A stretch of DNA of 63,620 bases from Polyangiales bacterium (GTDB taxonomy: Bacteria > Myxococcota_A > Polyangia > Polyangiales > JADJQN01): assembly GCA_964202905.1 (NCBI GenBank), contig CAXNJO010000017.1, positions 1-63,620 on the forward strand. The letters run 5' to 3'. Every line of letters begins with the position of its first letter. Position 1 is the stretch's first letter. A model generated the notes under the pieces. The model was given only the letters and a program-made list of their open reading frames with translations, was not told the DNA's origin and searched no databases. The position numbers were made by a program, and so were the translations under genes. This document shows positions 46,118-57,400 of the stretch, piece after piece.

Positions 46118-46474
46118 ATGACCCGCCCCGTGATCCTCTCCTACGCCGGCTGCAGCACGTGCAAGAAGGCCCTCGCCTGGCTGCGCACGCGCGGCCTCGA
46201 CGTCACCGTGCGCCCCATCGTCGAACAGCCGCCCACGGTCGCCGAGCTGCGCCGCTGGATCCCCGCGAGCGGCCTGCCCGTGCGCCGCTGGCTCAACACG
46301 AGCGGCCAGAGCTACCGCGCGCTCGGCAAGCCCGCGATCGACGCCGCCGACGACGCCACGCTCATCGAGTGGCTCGCCGCCGACGGCAAGCTCGTGAAGC
46401 GCCCCGTCCTCGTGCGCGGCGACCTCGTGCTCGTCGGCTTCCGCGAAGAGGCGTGGGCGGCGGCGTGGGGGTGA
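46118..46474 (+). CDS. ArsC/Spx/YffB family thioredoxin-fold protein
   Basis: CSTCKKA, NTSGQSYR, KLVKRP, VGF. Confidence 0.9.
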   Translation: MTRPVILSYAGCSTCKKALAWLRTRGLDVTVRPIVEQPPTVAELRRWIPASGLPVRRWLNTSGQSYRALGKPAIDAADDATLIEWLAADGKLVKRPVLVRGDLVLVGFREEAWAAAWG

Positions 46475-46526
46475 GCGAGCATGTCTCCCGGTAGGTCCAC
46501 ACATCGCCCCGCGTCTGAACCGCGAC

Positions 46527-48398
46527 TCAGTCGCTCGCCACGCGCCCCGCATCCTCGCGCGCGAGGTGCTCTTCGGGGACGTCGATGCCGGCCATGCGGA
46601 GCAGGCGCAGGGCGTTGCTGGTGCGCACGACGCCGGGGCGGAGGCGGTAGTCGAAGACCATCTCACCATCGCGCACGACGTCGGTGAAGTGCGCGTTGCG
46701 GACGCGGCCGTCGAGGTCGTCTTCGAGGGCGGCGAGGGCGATGTCGTGGGTCGCGACGAGTCCGCTGCCGCCGCGCGCGAGCAGGTGCAACACGATGGCG
46801 CGCGCGCCGAGGTGACGCGCGCTCGCGTTGGTGCCGCGCAGGAGCTCGTCGAGCAGGAAGAAGAGCGGCGGTGCGGCGTCGGCGTCCGAGACCACGCCGC
46901 GCAGCTTCGTGAGCTCGGCGTGGAAATAGCTCGAGCCGCCCTGGAGCGAATCGTCGGCGCGCATGCTGGCGCGCAGGCGCACGGGCGCGAGGCGGAAGGC
47001 GCGCGCGGTGACGGGGCCGCCCGCGAGCGCGAGCGCGACGTTGAGGCCGACGGCACGGAGCAGCGTGCTCTTGCCGGCCATGTTCGAGCCGGTGACGACG
47101 AGCGCGCTGCCCGGGCCGCCGAGCGTGACGTCGTTCGCGACGCGCTTGCCGGGCGGCAGCAGCGGATGCGCGAGCCCGTCGATCGCGAGCGGCGCGCCGG
47201 GCGCCTCGATCGTGGGGAAGGTCGCGGACGGGTCCTGGTGGGCGAGCGTCGCGAAGGAGGCCAGCGCCTCGACCTCGCCGAGCACGTCGAACCACTGCGC
47301 GGCGTGCGTGCCCACGCGATCGGCCCAGCGCTCGAGGCGCAGCAGGCACTGCAAGTCCCAGAGCAGCAGGTGATTGGCGGCGAGGTGCAGCGGGAACTGG
47401 GCGCGCAGCTCGGCGAAGCCCGCCCAGCGATCGAGCACGCGCAGGTGGCGGCTCGGCGGCTCGCCCGCAATGCGCGCGCGATCCCGCAACGTGCGCAGCG
47501 CCTCGGCCTCGAAGGGCTCGCCCTCGAGCGCCGCGAACATCTCCGCGAAGGCCTCGCCGAAGCCGCGCCGCGCGGCGACGAGATCGAGCGCGGCGCGCAC
47601 CTCGGAGGCCGTCGCGAAGTTCAGCGCGAGGTTCACGAGCACGGGCGCCATCCACACGAAGCCGGGCACGAGCCCGAGCGACGAGAGCGCCACGCACGCG
47701 AGCGTGACGACGGGCATGACGAAGAGCAGCGGCACGAGCCACGCGCGCCGCGCGAACACGCGGGGCATCGCGGAAAACACGAGGAATGGCTGCGGATCGA
47801 GCTTCTGCGCGGCCTGCGCGCCGCTCCCCTTCCGGGCCGCCGGGGCGAGCGCGGCGGCGACCTCGAGGCGCTCGCGGAAGTCGATGCGCCCGGCGAGCTC
47901 GCGCACGCAGGCCTGCCGCGCGGCGATCGTCTCGGGCGAGGCGGGCGCACCGAGCCACGCGGCGAGCAGCGACTCTCCGCGCGTGGTGTGCGTGACGTCG
48001 AGGCGCTGCACGAGCGAACCGCGCCCGACGAGGTCGAGGTCCCACGCGTAGGGATGCGTCGCGGGCAGCAAATCGGGCGTGAAAGGCAGCTCCGTGAAGC
48101 GCCCCGTGAGCCGCGCGAGGTGCCGAACGTGCACCTGCCGCCGCGCCTCGGCCGCGTCGCGCCGCGCGTGGATGCGCGCATGCCACGCGACGGCGGCGAA
48201 GAACGCGAGCGAGGCGGCGAGGCCAACGACGCCGATGACGGGCGAACGCTCGAGCACCGCTGTGCCGCCTGCCACCGCTGCCGCAAGAAAGAGCGCGAGG
48301 CGCAACAGGGAGACGCCGTTCGCGCGGCGCTCGTGCGCGGCGGCCTCTGCGGCCGCTGCGGCCTCGCGCGTGGTGTGGACCTCGAGCGGTGTGCTCAC
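46527..48398 (-). CDS. Membrane-associated MutS domain V ATPase (MutS-like, lacks mismatch-binding domain)
   Basis: TM segments, HPYAWDLDLVG, TGSNMAGKST, SYFHAEL, LLDELLRGTN, ATHD. Confidence 0.9.
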   Translation of the reverse strand: MSTPLEVHTTREAAAAAEAAAHERRANGVSLLRLALFLAAAVAGGTAVLERSPVIGVVGLAASLAFFAAVAWHARIHARRDAAEARRQVHVRHLARLTGRFTELPFTPDLLPATHPYAWDLDLVGRGSLVQRLDVTHTTRGESLLAAWLGAPASPETIAARQACVRELAGRIDFRERLEVAAALAPAARKGSGAQAAQKLDPQPFLVFSAMPRVFARRAWLVPLLFVMPVVTLACVALSSLGLVPGFVWMAPVLVNLALNFATASEVRAALDLVAARRGFGEAFAEMFAALEGEPFEAEALRTLRDRARIAGEPPSRHLRVLDRWAGFAELRAQFPLHLAANHLLLWDLQCLLRLERWADRVGTHAAQWFDVLGEVEALASFATLAHQDPSATFPTIEAPGAPLAIDGLAHPLLPPGKRVANDVTLGGPGSALVVTGSNMAGKSTLLRAVGLNVALALAGGPVTARAFRLAPVRLRASMRADDSLQGGSSYFHAELTKLRGVVSDADAAPPLFFLLDELLRGTNASARHLGARAIVLHLLARGGSGLVATHDIALAALEDDLDGRVRNAHFTDVVRDGEMVFDYRLRPGVVRTSNALRLLRMAGIDVPEEHLAREDAGRVASD

Positions 48399-48703
48399 CC
48401 GCCCGACCCGGTCGTGTCGCCGGGATTCGCGTCGACGGCGACGAACTCCTTCGGCGCCTCCGAGCCCTCGCCGAAGAAGTACTTTTCGCACTCCTTGAGC
48501 AGGAAATCGCGGCCCGACGCCGACATCACGTCCACGCGGTACTCGTTGACGAGCATCGTCGAGTGCCCGATCCAGCCGCGCCACGCCTCCTTCGAGATGC
48601 TCTCGAAGATGCGCTGCCCGAGCTCGTTCTTGAACGGCGACCGGTCGAGCCCTTCACCCTCGCGACCGAGCTTCACGCACTGCACCATCTTCGGCTCCGC
48701 CAT
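48395..48703 (-). CDS. yggX: Fe(II)-trafficking / oxidative damage protection protein
   Basis: MVQCVKLGREGEGL...ELGQRIFESISKEAW..W...TMLVNEYR. Confidence 0.92.
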   Translation of the reverse strand: MAEPKMVQCVKLGREGEGLDRSPFKNELGQRIFESISKEAWRGWIGHSTMLVNEYRVDVMSASGRDFLLKECEKYFFGEGSEAPKEFVAVDANPGDTTGSGG

Positions 48704-48749
48704 CGTGTCTGCCTCCGGGCGCGCACCCTAGCAGCCCATCGCGCGCCCG

Positions 48750-48789
48750 CATCGCGGCATCGCGACATCGCAGCATCGCGGCATCGCCA
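48750..48789. repeat. 5 x 8-bp tandem repeat CATCGCNN in divergent intergenic region
   Basis: catcgcgg catcgcga catcgcag catcgcgg catcgcca. Confidence 0.85.
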
Positions 48790-48813
48790 CGCGCCGCGGC
48801 GTATCCTCGCGCC

Positions 48814-50190
48814 ATGCCCCTGCGCTCCCCCGACCGCGCCGCGCACGTCGCGCGCCGCGCCCGCCTCGCCGCGCTGCTCGGCGATCGCCCCGCCCTTCTG
48901 CCCGCCGGCGCGCACGCCCCGCGCAACTACGCGGCCAACGTCTTCCCCTTCCGCACCGCGAGCCACTTTCTCTATCTCGTCGGGCTGCCGCTGCCCGGCG
49001 CGATGCTCTACCTCGCGCGCGGCGAGGCGACGCTCTACGTCACGCCAGGCACCGCGCAGGACGCGCTCTGGCACGGCCCGCAGCCCGATTTCGACGCGCT
49101 CGCGGCGCTCACGGGCTGCACCGTGCGCGCGCTCGACACGCTGCCCGAGGCGCTCCGCGGCGCCGGCACCGCGACGCTCCCCGCCGTCGACCTCGCGACG
49201 TGCGAGCAGCAGTCGGCGCTGCTCGCGCGCACCGTGCGCCCCGGCGCGCTCGCGCCCGTCGACGCGCCGCTCGCCGACGCCATGATCGCGCTGCGCCTCA
49301 CGCACGACGCAGCGGCGCTCACCTCGATGCGCGCGGCCGTCGCGACGACCGTGCGCGCCTTCGCCGCCGGGATGCGCGCGACGCGGCCCGGCGTGCGCGA
49401 GAGCGCCGTGCGCGCGGCGATGGAGCACGAGATCGTCGCGGCGGGCGGCGCGCCGGCCTATGGCTCGATCGTCAGCGTGCACGGCGAGGTGCTGCACAAC
49501 GACACGCACTTCGGCACCTGCGCAGAGGGCGATCTGCTGCTCGCCGACGTCGGCGCCGAGAGCGAGGACGGCTGGGCGAGCGACGTCACGCGCACCTGGC
49601 CCGTGAGCGGCCGCTTCTCGCCGACGCAGCGCGCGATCTACGACGTCGTGCTCGCCGCGAACCGCGCCGCGATCGCCGCCGTGCGCCCCGGCGTGCGCTA
49701 CCGCGACGTGCACCTCACCGCCGCGCGCACGATCGCCGAGGGGCTCGTCGCGCTCGGCATCCTGCGCGGCGACCCCGACGCGCTCGTGGCCGCGGGCGCG
49801 CATGCGCTCTTTTTCCCGCACGGCGTCGGGCATCTGCTCGGCCTCGACGTGCACGACATGGAGGATCTCGGCGATCGCGCGGGCTACGCGCCCGGGCGCA
49901 CGCGCAGCGCGCAATTCGGCCTCTCGTACCTGCGCCTCGATCGCGACCTCGCGGCGGGGATGTGCGTCACCATCGAGCCGGGCTTCTACGTCGTGCCAGC
50001 GATCTTCGACGATCCCGCGCTCGCGCCGCTCGCCGCGCAGCACGTCGATCGCGCGGTGCTCGCCCACTACGCGGACGTACGCGGGATCCGCATCGAGGAC
50101 GACGTGCTCGTCACCGACGACGGCGCCGAGGTGCTCTCGCGCGCGATCCCGAAGGACGCGGTCGAGGTGGAAGCGGCGGTCCGCGGCTGA
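48814..50190 (+). CDS. pepP: Xaa-Pro aminopeptidase (M24B)
   Basis: LLADVGAE, SDVTRTWP, HGVGHLLGLDVHD, TIEPGFY, GIRIEDD. Confidence 0.9.
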   Translation: MPLRSPDRAAHVARRARLAALLGDRPALLPAGAHAPRNYAANVFPFRTASHFLYLVGLPLPGAMLYLARGEATLYVTPGTAQDALWHGPQPDFDALAALTGCTVRALDTLPEALRGAGTATLPAVDLATCEQQSALLARTVRPGALAPVDAPLADAMIALRLTHDAAALTSMRAAVATTVRAFAAGMRATRPGVRESAVRAAMEHEIVAAGGAPAYGSIVSVHGEVLHNDTHFGTCAEGDLLLADVGAESEDGWASDVTRTWPVSGRFSPTQRAIYDVVLAANRAAIAAVRPGVRYRDVHLTAARTIAEGLVALGILRGDPDALVAAGAHALFFPHGVGHLLGLDVHDMEDLGDRAGYAPGRTRSAQFGLSYLRLDRDLAAGMCVTIEPGFYVVPAIFDDPALAPLAAQHVDRAVLAHYADVRGIRIEDDVLVTDDGAEVLSRAIPKDAVEVEAAVRG

Positions 50191-50292
50191 CGCGGCGCGC
50201 TCACGACGCAGTGCGTCAAGGATCGCGCGCGCCCCGAGACGCGGGCCCTTCAACGACGCGCCGGGCCGCCGTTCCGCTCCGCGGGTCATCCC

Positions 50293-52227
50293 ATGCCGCT
50301 CACCGCGCTCATGCCGCTGATAGGGGCCCTGCTCGGGCTCGTCGCGGGGCTCGTCGCGCGGAGTTTCGCGCGCACCCCTGGCTGGGAGTCGTTCCGCAGC
50401 GTCGCGCCGCCCGCGCTCTGGGCCACGCTCTACTGCACGGGCGACCTCGTCCTCGCGGTGCCCGCCCTCGGGCAGCACGCGAGCCTCTGGTCGCCCATTC
50501 AGCACTTGGCAGCGGGCGGCGTGATCTACGCGCTCGCGGGCTACCTCGCATCCGTCTCGGGGCCGCGCCCCCTCGACCGCGCGATCCGGGCAGCCGGGGC
50601 GGCGGTGGGCTGTGCCGGCGTGCTCTCGTTCGTGCCGGGGTTGTTCTTCGAGTCGCGCGACCATGCGCGCGAGGTCCCCTGGCTCGACGCCACGTACACC
50701 GAGGCCGAGCCCACCGCGCTCGGTGCCGTCGTGCTCGCGGCCACGCTGCTCTGCATGCTCCTGCCCATCGTGCGGGTCGGGCTCGACCTCCGCGACGGCC
50801 GCCCCGAGGCCGCGCGACACGCGGCGGGCTTCGTGGTCCTCACGATCACAGGCGCCATCGACGTGGCGACGATCTCGCTCCAGCTGCCGCTGCCGTTCTT
50901 CTTTTCGCTCGGCTTCGTCTGCACGCTCTTCGCCGGCGCGCAGGCGGTGTTCTCGCGCTGGGCCGCGCACGCGGCCGCGCTCGACGAGCGCTCGCGCTCG
51001 CTCAGCCGTCTCATCGAGGAGCGTACGCAGGAGCTCGACCGCGCCCGCGACCGGCTGTTCGAGACGGAGAAGCTCGCGGCGCTCGGTCAGCTCGCGGCGG
51101 GCGTCGCGCACGAGGTGAACAACCCCTCGGCCGCCGTCGTCGCGAACCTCGGCTACGTGCTCGACGCGCACGCGCGCACAGGCACCTTCCCCGCGGACGC
51201 GCCGAACGCGCTGCGCGAGTCGCTCACCGCGATGGGGCGCGTCGCGCGCATCGTGCGGCAGCTGCTCGACACGGGGCGGGCGGGCGCGCGGCACGAGGTG
51301 CTCGCCCCCGTGAACCTCGCGCGCGCGGTCGAGGGCGCGCTCGCCATCGTGCGGCCGCTCGTCCCGGCGCACGTGACGCTGCGCGTCGCCGTCCCGGACA
51401 CGGTCGCCGCGCAGGCCCGCGAGGACCTGCTCGTGCAGGCCCTCGTCAACCTCGTCACCAACGCGGTGCAGGCCATCCCGGAGGGGCGCGACGGGCACGT
51501 CACCGTGAGCGCCGTGACCGCGGGCGAGCGCGTCCAACTCGACGTCACGGACGACGGGGCGGGCATGTCCCCGGACGTACGACGCCGTGTGTTCGAGCCC
51601 TTCTTCACGACGAAGGCGCCTGGCGTCGGCACGGGGCTCGGGCTCTCGGTGACGCTCGGCATCGTGCGCAGCCTCGGCGGCGACGTCGCGATCGAGAGCG
51701 AGGTGGGCCGCGGGACGCGCGTCTCGCTCGATCTCCTCGGCACCGAGCCCGTCCCGCGCGCGCCGAGCGTCGCGCCCGGCCGCTCGCTGCCGCCCCTGAC
51801 GCGGCTCAAGGTGCTGCTCGTGGACGACGAGCGTCCCGTGCGCGCGGCGCTCGAGCGCGTGCTCCGGCGCAGCTACGACGTCCGCTCGGCCGGAGGCGTC
51901 GAGGAGGCCCTCGCGAGCCTCGAGGCGGACCCCGACGTCGACGTGATTCTCTGCGACGTGCTGATGGCCGATGGCGGCGGCGAGCGCGTGTACCGCACGC
52001 TCGCGACCCGCTCTCCGGAGCTCGCCCAGCAGCTCATCTTCGTGACGGGTGGCGCACACGACGCGGCGCGCGACTTCCTCGCGACGCAGCCCCAGCCCGT
52101 GCTCGAGAAGCCGCTCGACACGGCGGCGCTCAAGGCGACGATCGCGCGGCTCCGCGGCACCCCCGTCGAGCCGGCGCGGGGCGACAGCCTCGCAGCGCTC
52201 GCGGCGCAGCTCCCGCCGAGCGATTGA
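50293..52227 (+). CDS. Membrane hybrid sensor histidine kinase with C-terminal receiver
   Basis: Multi-TM N-terminus, AGVAHEVNNP, NLVTNA, DDGAG, FFTTK..GTGLGL, LLVDDE...CDVLM. Confidence 0.95.
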   Translation: MPLTALMPLIGALLGLVAGLVARSFARTPGWESFRSVAPPALWATLYCTGDLVLAVPALGQHASLWSPIQHLAAGGVIYALAGYLASVSGPRPLDRAIRAAGAAVGCAGVLSFVPGLFFESRDHAREVPWLDATYTEAEPTALGAVVLAATLLCMLLPIVRVGLDLRDGRPEAARHAAGFVVLTITGAIDVATISLQLPLPFFFSLGFVCTLFAGAQAVFSRWAAHAAALDERSRSLSRLIEERTQELDRARDRLFETEKLAALGQLAAGVAHEVNNPSAAVVANLGYVLDAHARTGTFPADAPNALRESLTAMGRVARIVRQLLDTGRAGARHEVLAPVNLARAVEGALAIVRPLVPAHVTLRVAVPDTVAAQAREDLLVQALVNLVTNAVQAIPEGRDGHVTVSAVTAGERVQLDVTDDGAGMSPDVRRRVFEPFFTTKAPGVGTGLGLSVTLGIVRSLGGDVAIESEVGRGTRVSLDLLGTEPVPRAPSVAPGRSLPPLTRLKVLLVDDERPVRAALERVLRRSYDVRSAGGVEEALASLEADPDVDVILCDVLMADGGGERVYRTLATRSPELAQQLIFVTGGAHDAARDFLATQPQPVLEKPLDTAALKATIARLRGTPVEPARGDSLAALAAQLPPSD

Positions 52228-52298
52228 CACCCCACGCGCGAGGCGCGCCGTGGCCGCAGACGACGCAGCACAAAACGCGCCTGCTACGCTCGCCGCGC

Positions 52299-52877
52299 AT
52301 GACGATCCTCAAGATTGCGCAGCTCGGGCACCCGATCCTCCGCGAGCGCGCGCGCGAACTCACGCGCGACGAGCTGCTCGGGGCGCCGGTCCAGACCTTC
52401 ATCGACGACCTCATCGAGACGATGCACGACGCCGACGGCGCGGGCCTCGCCGCGACGCAGGTGTACAAGCCGATCCGGCTCTTCGCGATCGAGGTGCGCC
52501 CGAACAACCCGCGCTACCCGTATCGCCCCGCGATCCCGCTGACCGTGCTCGTGAACCCGCGCCTCGAGCCCATCGGCGAGGAGATGTTCGACAACTACGA
52601 AGGCTGCCTCAGCGTGCCCAACCTGCGCGGCATGGTGCGGCGGCACACCTCGCTGCGCGTGCGCGGCTGGGACCGGCACGGCGCCGAGGTCGACGAGGTC
52701 GTGCACGGCCTGCGCGCGTGCACCTACCAGCACGAGAACGACCACCTCGACGGGCGCGTGTTCGTCGACCGCGTGACCGACCCGACGACGCTCGCGACGT
52801 GGACCGAGTTCGACCGCCACCACCGCGCCGCCTTCGCCGAGCGCGCGCGCGCGCTGGTCGAGCGCCACGGGAGCTGA
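52299..52877 (+). CDS. def: Peptide deformylase
   Basis: GAGLAATQ, EGCLS, QHENDHLDG. Confidence 0.95.
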   Translation: MTILKIAQLGHPILRERARELTRDELLGAPVQTFIDDLIETMHDADGAGLAATQVYKPIRLFAIEVRPNNPRYPYRPAIPLTVLVNPRLEPIGEEMFDNYEGCLSVPNLRGMVRRHTSLRVRGWDRHGAEVDEVVHGLRACTYQHENDHLDGRVFVDRVTDPTTLATWTEFDRHHRAAFAERARALVERHGS

Positions 52878-52967
52878 CGCCGCCGCGTCGCAGGCGGCGC
52901 CCCGCACACATGCGCCGGACGCCCGCGAACTTCCGACGCGCGCGTCGGGCGTGATATCCCCGCCGCC

Positions 52968-54467
52968 GTGAAGCGATTCGTGGGCGGACTCGGCGCGCTC
53001 GGCGTGCTCGCCGGGATCTGGGGGGTGCTGATCGCCGTCGGCCTCGTCGCGGGCGCGTTCCCGCCCATCCGCCCTGTCGGCGCGCCTTCGAACGCAACGA
53101 ATCTCAACAGGGAAACGCGCGTCGACGCCGGCCCGGGCCGCGCGACGAAGGCGCCGGCGCCGCGCGTCGATGCAGGCGCGAACGTGGCCCCCGAGGCGCC
53201 GTCCGCGGACGGGGCCGAAATCACGGAAACGCCCGAAAACGCAGATATTTTCAACATTTCGGCGGATGCGGGCACGGGCCACACGGCGACGGCGTTCGAC
53301 GCGCGCGCGGCCGCCCCGCGCACCATCGTGTGCGACGCGGCGACCGCACGCCCCGGGCTCGCGCTCGTGCAGCTCATCGGCGACGCGCGCCCCGAAGTCG
53401 TCGTGCTCTGCGGGCGGGACGCGCATCTGCTCGCGATCGGATTGCCCGAGGACGGCGTCGCGCCGCGGCCGGTGCGCGTCGCGACCTTCACGCTGAGCGC
53501 CCAGGGCACCGAGCCCGAGGCCACCCTCGTCGCGCGCTCCGTGGGCGCGGGCGACGTCGACGCGGACGGCGCGCCCGACCTCGTGCTGGGCTTCGCGGAC
53601 CCGACGGAACGCGCGCGAAATGGTGCGCTCTTCCTGGTCGCGCGCGAGCCGAACGGCGGCTTCACGCGGCCGCGCAGCCTCGGTGCGCTGCACGCCGTCG
53701 CGCTCTCCGTGCAGCCCCTCGACGTGCGGCCGGGCGCGGAGATCCTCGCATTGCACCGCGCGCAGGCGGCGTCGCGTCGGCCGAGCGAGTTGTGGGTCTT
53801 CGGCGGCGGCGCCGCGCCGAGCCGCGTCGCGCAGCAGCGCGTCGGCATCGGCGCCGAGGCGCTCGCGCGGGCCGATCTCGACCGGGACGGACACGACGAC
53901 GTCCTCGTCGTGACGGGCGACGGACCGCGCGTCGACGTGCTCTATGGCGACGGCGCGACCTCCTTCCCACGGAGCGCGCAGCTCGCGGTGCGCGGCGCGC
54001 GCGAGGCCGCAGCCGTCGACGTCGACGGTGATGGCGCCCTCGACGTCGTGCTCGGCGGCGAGACGACGACGCTCGTGCGCGCGACCGCGGACGGCGCGCC
54101 CCTCGAGCCGCAGGCCGTCGAGGCCGCACGCGGCCTGCGACTGCTCGTGCCGGGCGATCGCACGCCCGGGGGGGCGCAGGAGCTCGTCGGCTACATGCAC
54201 CCCGATCTCGTGGCGCTGAGCGGCCTCGCGACACCGACCCCGACGCGGCGCACGTTGCGGGTCCTGCACGACGGCGAGCCGATGCCCGTCGCGCTCGCGG
54301 TCGGCGACGTCGATGCCGACGGCCACGCGGACGTCGTCGCGCTCGCCCGCGCCCGCCCGGAAGGGCCCTATGAGGTGGTCGTCATCCCGACCGGCGCGGT
54401 CCCCTTCGCGGCGGAGGCGGCGCCGCTCCGCGACGCCCCCTTCACGCTCCAGGTCCCCCTGCGCTGA
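52968..54467 (+). CDS. FG-GAP/VCBS repeat protein with N-terminal membrane anchor
   Basis: GDVDADGAPDL, ADLDRDGHDDV, DVDGDGALDV, GDVDADGHADV. Confidence 0.85.
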   Translation: MKRFVGGLGALGVLAGIWGVLIAVGLVAGAFPPIRPVGAPSNATNLNRETRVDAGPGRATKAPAPRVDAGANVAPEAPSADGAEITETPENADIFNISADAGTGHTATAFDARAAAPRTIVCDAATARPGLALVQLIGDARPEVVVLCGRDAHLLAIGLPEDGVAPRPVRVATFTLSAQGTEPEATLVARSVGAGDVDADGAPDLVLGFADPTERARNGALFLVAREPNGGFTRPRSLGALHAVALSVQPLDVRPGAEILALHRAQAASRRPSELWVFGGGAAPSRVAQQRVGIGAEALARADLDRDGHDDVLVVTGDGPRVDVLYGDGATSFPRSAQLAVRGAREAAAVDVDGDGALDVVLGGETTTLVRATADGAPLEPQAVEAARGLRLLVPGDRTPGGAQELVGYMHPDLVALSGLATPTPTRRTLRVLHDGEPMPVALAVGDVDADGHADVVALARARPEGPYEVVVIPTGAVPFAAEAAPLRDAPFTLQVPLR

Positions 54468-54499
54468 GGCGCGCCGCCATCCACGCCGACCGAGGTCCC

Positions 54500-57400
54500 A
54501 TGAATCGACGCACCCCTGAGCACGTCCACCGCGCCGTGCCGCCCCAGCCCGCCACGCCCGCTCACGTCACCCTCTCCCGCCTCGCCGCCCTCGCCGCGCT
54601 CCTCGCGCTCGTCTCCCCGCTCCGTGCGCGCGCCGACTCGCCCGACGCGCGTCGGTCCCGCGCCCGCAGCGACGGTCGGCGCGACGGCCACCGTCGAGGC
54701 CTCCGCGACGGTGAGCGCGCCCCCGCCGCCCACCGTCGCGGCGAACGCGAACGTCACCGTGCAGGTCGATGCACGCGCCGCCGCGGATTCGGCAGCCCGT
54801 ACCGCCGTGCGTGCCGTGCCCGTGGTGCCCGTGCGCCTGCGCGCCGGGCTCGGCTTCGGCGCGCTCGGCGTCGACGACGTGCGCGTGCTCGGGCCGCACT
54901 TCGCGCTGAGCGGCGGCATCGACGCGGATCTCGCCTCGTTCTTCGCGCTCGGCGCGCGCGCCGACTACCTCGTGGCCGGCGCCGTGGGCGACGCGCGGCC
55001 GCTGCGCGCCAACTACTTCGGCGGCAGCGCGATCTTCCGCGCATGGACGGACCGCCCGCGTCGCGAGGGCTTCTCGCTCGAGCTCGGCGCCGGCTATCTG
55101 CGCATCGCCGACGACCTCGCCCCGAGCGGAGCCGTGCTCGAGGTCGCGCTCGCGCGGCTCGCGGGCGCGCACGACGGCACGACGAGTCAGGGGCTCGGCG
55201 GCGCGATCGTGCTCCGCGGCCAGCACGGCGTCGGCGCGACGTCGAACTACCGCGCGCTCACGCTCGGCCTCGAAGCGGACCTCGATCTCAACCTCCCCGG
55301 CGAAGGCGGCGCGGACGATGCGCCCGCCACGGTCCGGCACGTCTTCGGCGTCGAGGGCCTGATCGGCGTCGCCCCCGCCGCGGACGGATCCCGGGAAGCG
55401 GGCCGTTTTTCCGGCGGTTTCGGCATGTGGGCGGGCTTCCCGCTCGGCCCCGTCGTCGAGCCGCAGCTCCGCCTCGACGCCGTGCGCAGCGCGGGCGGCG
55501 ACGGCCTCGACCCGCGCTACGGCTACGGCGCCGCGGGTGGCCTCCGCGTGCGCTTCGATCCGTGGGCGCCCGTCTACCTCGAGGCGCACGGCGGCTATGC
55601 GTGGCTCACCGAGCGCGATCACGGCGCCTACGCCGACGTCGGCGCGGGCCTGCGCTTTGCGCCCTGCAAGGACGACGCGCACTGGGCCTTCCTGCTCGGC
55701 GCACGCGGGCGCCTCGGCTTTGGCGAGGCCGCGGGCCTCACGGGGATCTACGGCACCCTCGGCGTCGAGTACGTCGGCGGCCCAAGCTACGCGCGTCCGC
55801 GCTGCGTCGAAGCGCCCCCGATCGTCGCCGCGGAAGGTGGCGCGGAGGTGCGCGTGGAGGTCCCCGCGCCGCGCGTCGACGTCTCGGTGACGGTCGATGC
55901 GGGCGCGAGCGTGGGTGTTCAGACTCCCACGCGGACTCCCGCGCAGACTCCCACTCAGACTCCCGTGCGCACTCCCCCCGTCGCACGCACGCCGCCCCCC
56001 GCGGAGGAGCCCGAGGTGCCGAGCGAGCCCGTGCCCTTCCCCCTGCGGATCGGCCTCGAGGGCACGTTCGGCTGGCTCGACGCGGCCCAGCCCGTCTCCG
56101 GTGTCGCGGGCGGCCTCGCGCTGCACCTCGACATGCAGCTCACGCACTGGCTCGCGCTCGGCGCGCGGCTCGGCTACGTGACGCGTCCCGACGGCGTGAC
56201 CGATGTGAACCTCGACGCCATCGACGACCTGGACACGCATGATTTCAAGGCGCTCCAGGTCACCGCGGGCCCGCGCTTCACCGCGTGGACGGACGAGGCC
56301 TCGCGCGAGGGCTGGGACTTCGAGCTCGGCGCGGGCTGGATGGGCCGCGGCGGTCGTCTCGACGGCCCGGGCCTCCTCGCCGAGGGCGCGATCTACCGCA
56401 AATTCGGCACGATCAGCGCCACCGGCTTCGCGGCCGACCTCGCGCTCGGCGCGCGCTACCAGCAAGGCTTCGGCGCGGCGGGCGACTTCCGCGCGGTGCT
56501 CGTGTCGATCCGCGGCGGGCTCGGTTGGGATCAGCCGATCCCCGAGGTGCCGGTCGACGAGGTCCCGGGCTTCTCCTACACGACGGGCATGCGCCTCGCG
56601 CTCGGCTTCCCCTTCTCGGCGCCCGGGCCGCTCGAGCCCGGCAGCCTCTTCGGCGTCGGCGGTCACTTCGGCGTGCCCCTCGGCGCCTGGTTCGAGCTGC
56701 GCGCGCGCAGCGAGGTGCTCACGCGCTCGCAGGGCAGCAAGGAAAAGGGCGACCAGACGAGCATGGTGAGCTTCACCGGCGCGGGCATCGCGCGGCTGCG
56801 TCTCGACCGCGTCGCGCCGATCTACGTCGAGGCGGGCGCGGGCTACGCGACGAACACGGGCGCACCCGCGCTCTACGTCGCGGACGCTGGCTTCGCGACC
56901 TTCGGCGCGGGCGGTCGCCTCACCTGGTGCGGCACCGACAGCGCCCTCGAGCTCGGGGTCGAGGGCCGCATCGGGCTCGGCGACGACCGCGGGCTCGACG
57001 GGATCTTCTTCGTCATCGGCGCGGAGTACGCCGGTGGCCGTCGCAGCATCGGCCGCGACTCCTTCGGCTGCCGCATGACGACGCGCGCCCGCGAGCGCAA
57101 CGAGGCCAACGCGCGCGTTTACGCAGAGCGCGAGGCGCAGCGGCGCGCGGCAACTCGCGTCGCCACTGGCACCGTCGGTGTCGGCGGCAGCGTCGGCGGC
57201 AGCGTGGACGTGAACGGCGGCGCGACCGTCGCCGCGCCCGCGCCGATCGAGCCCGTGCGCATCGAGGTGCTGCTCGGCGTCTCGCTCTTCGGCGGCGCGG
57301 TGAGCGTGCGCGTCGATCCCTCGATGCTCCCCCTCGCGCGGCTCGCCGGCGCGGGCCGCGTCGAGGTCCGGATCGAGGGCCCCGCGTCGGCCCTCGTCAC

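Noticed and set aside
46527..48398. Canonical mismatch-repair mutS or mutS2
   Set aside because: Only the ATPase domain with TM segments is present; no mismatch-binding or Smr domain, so no gene symbol was assigned.
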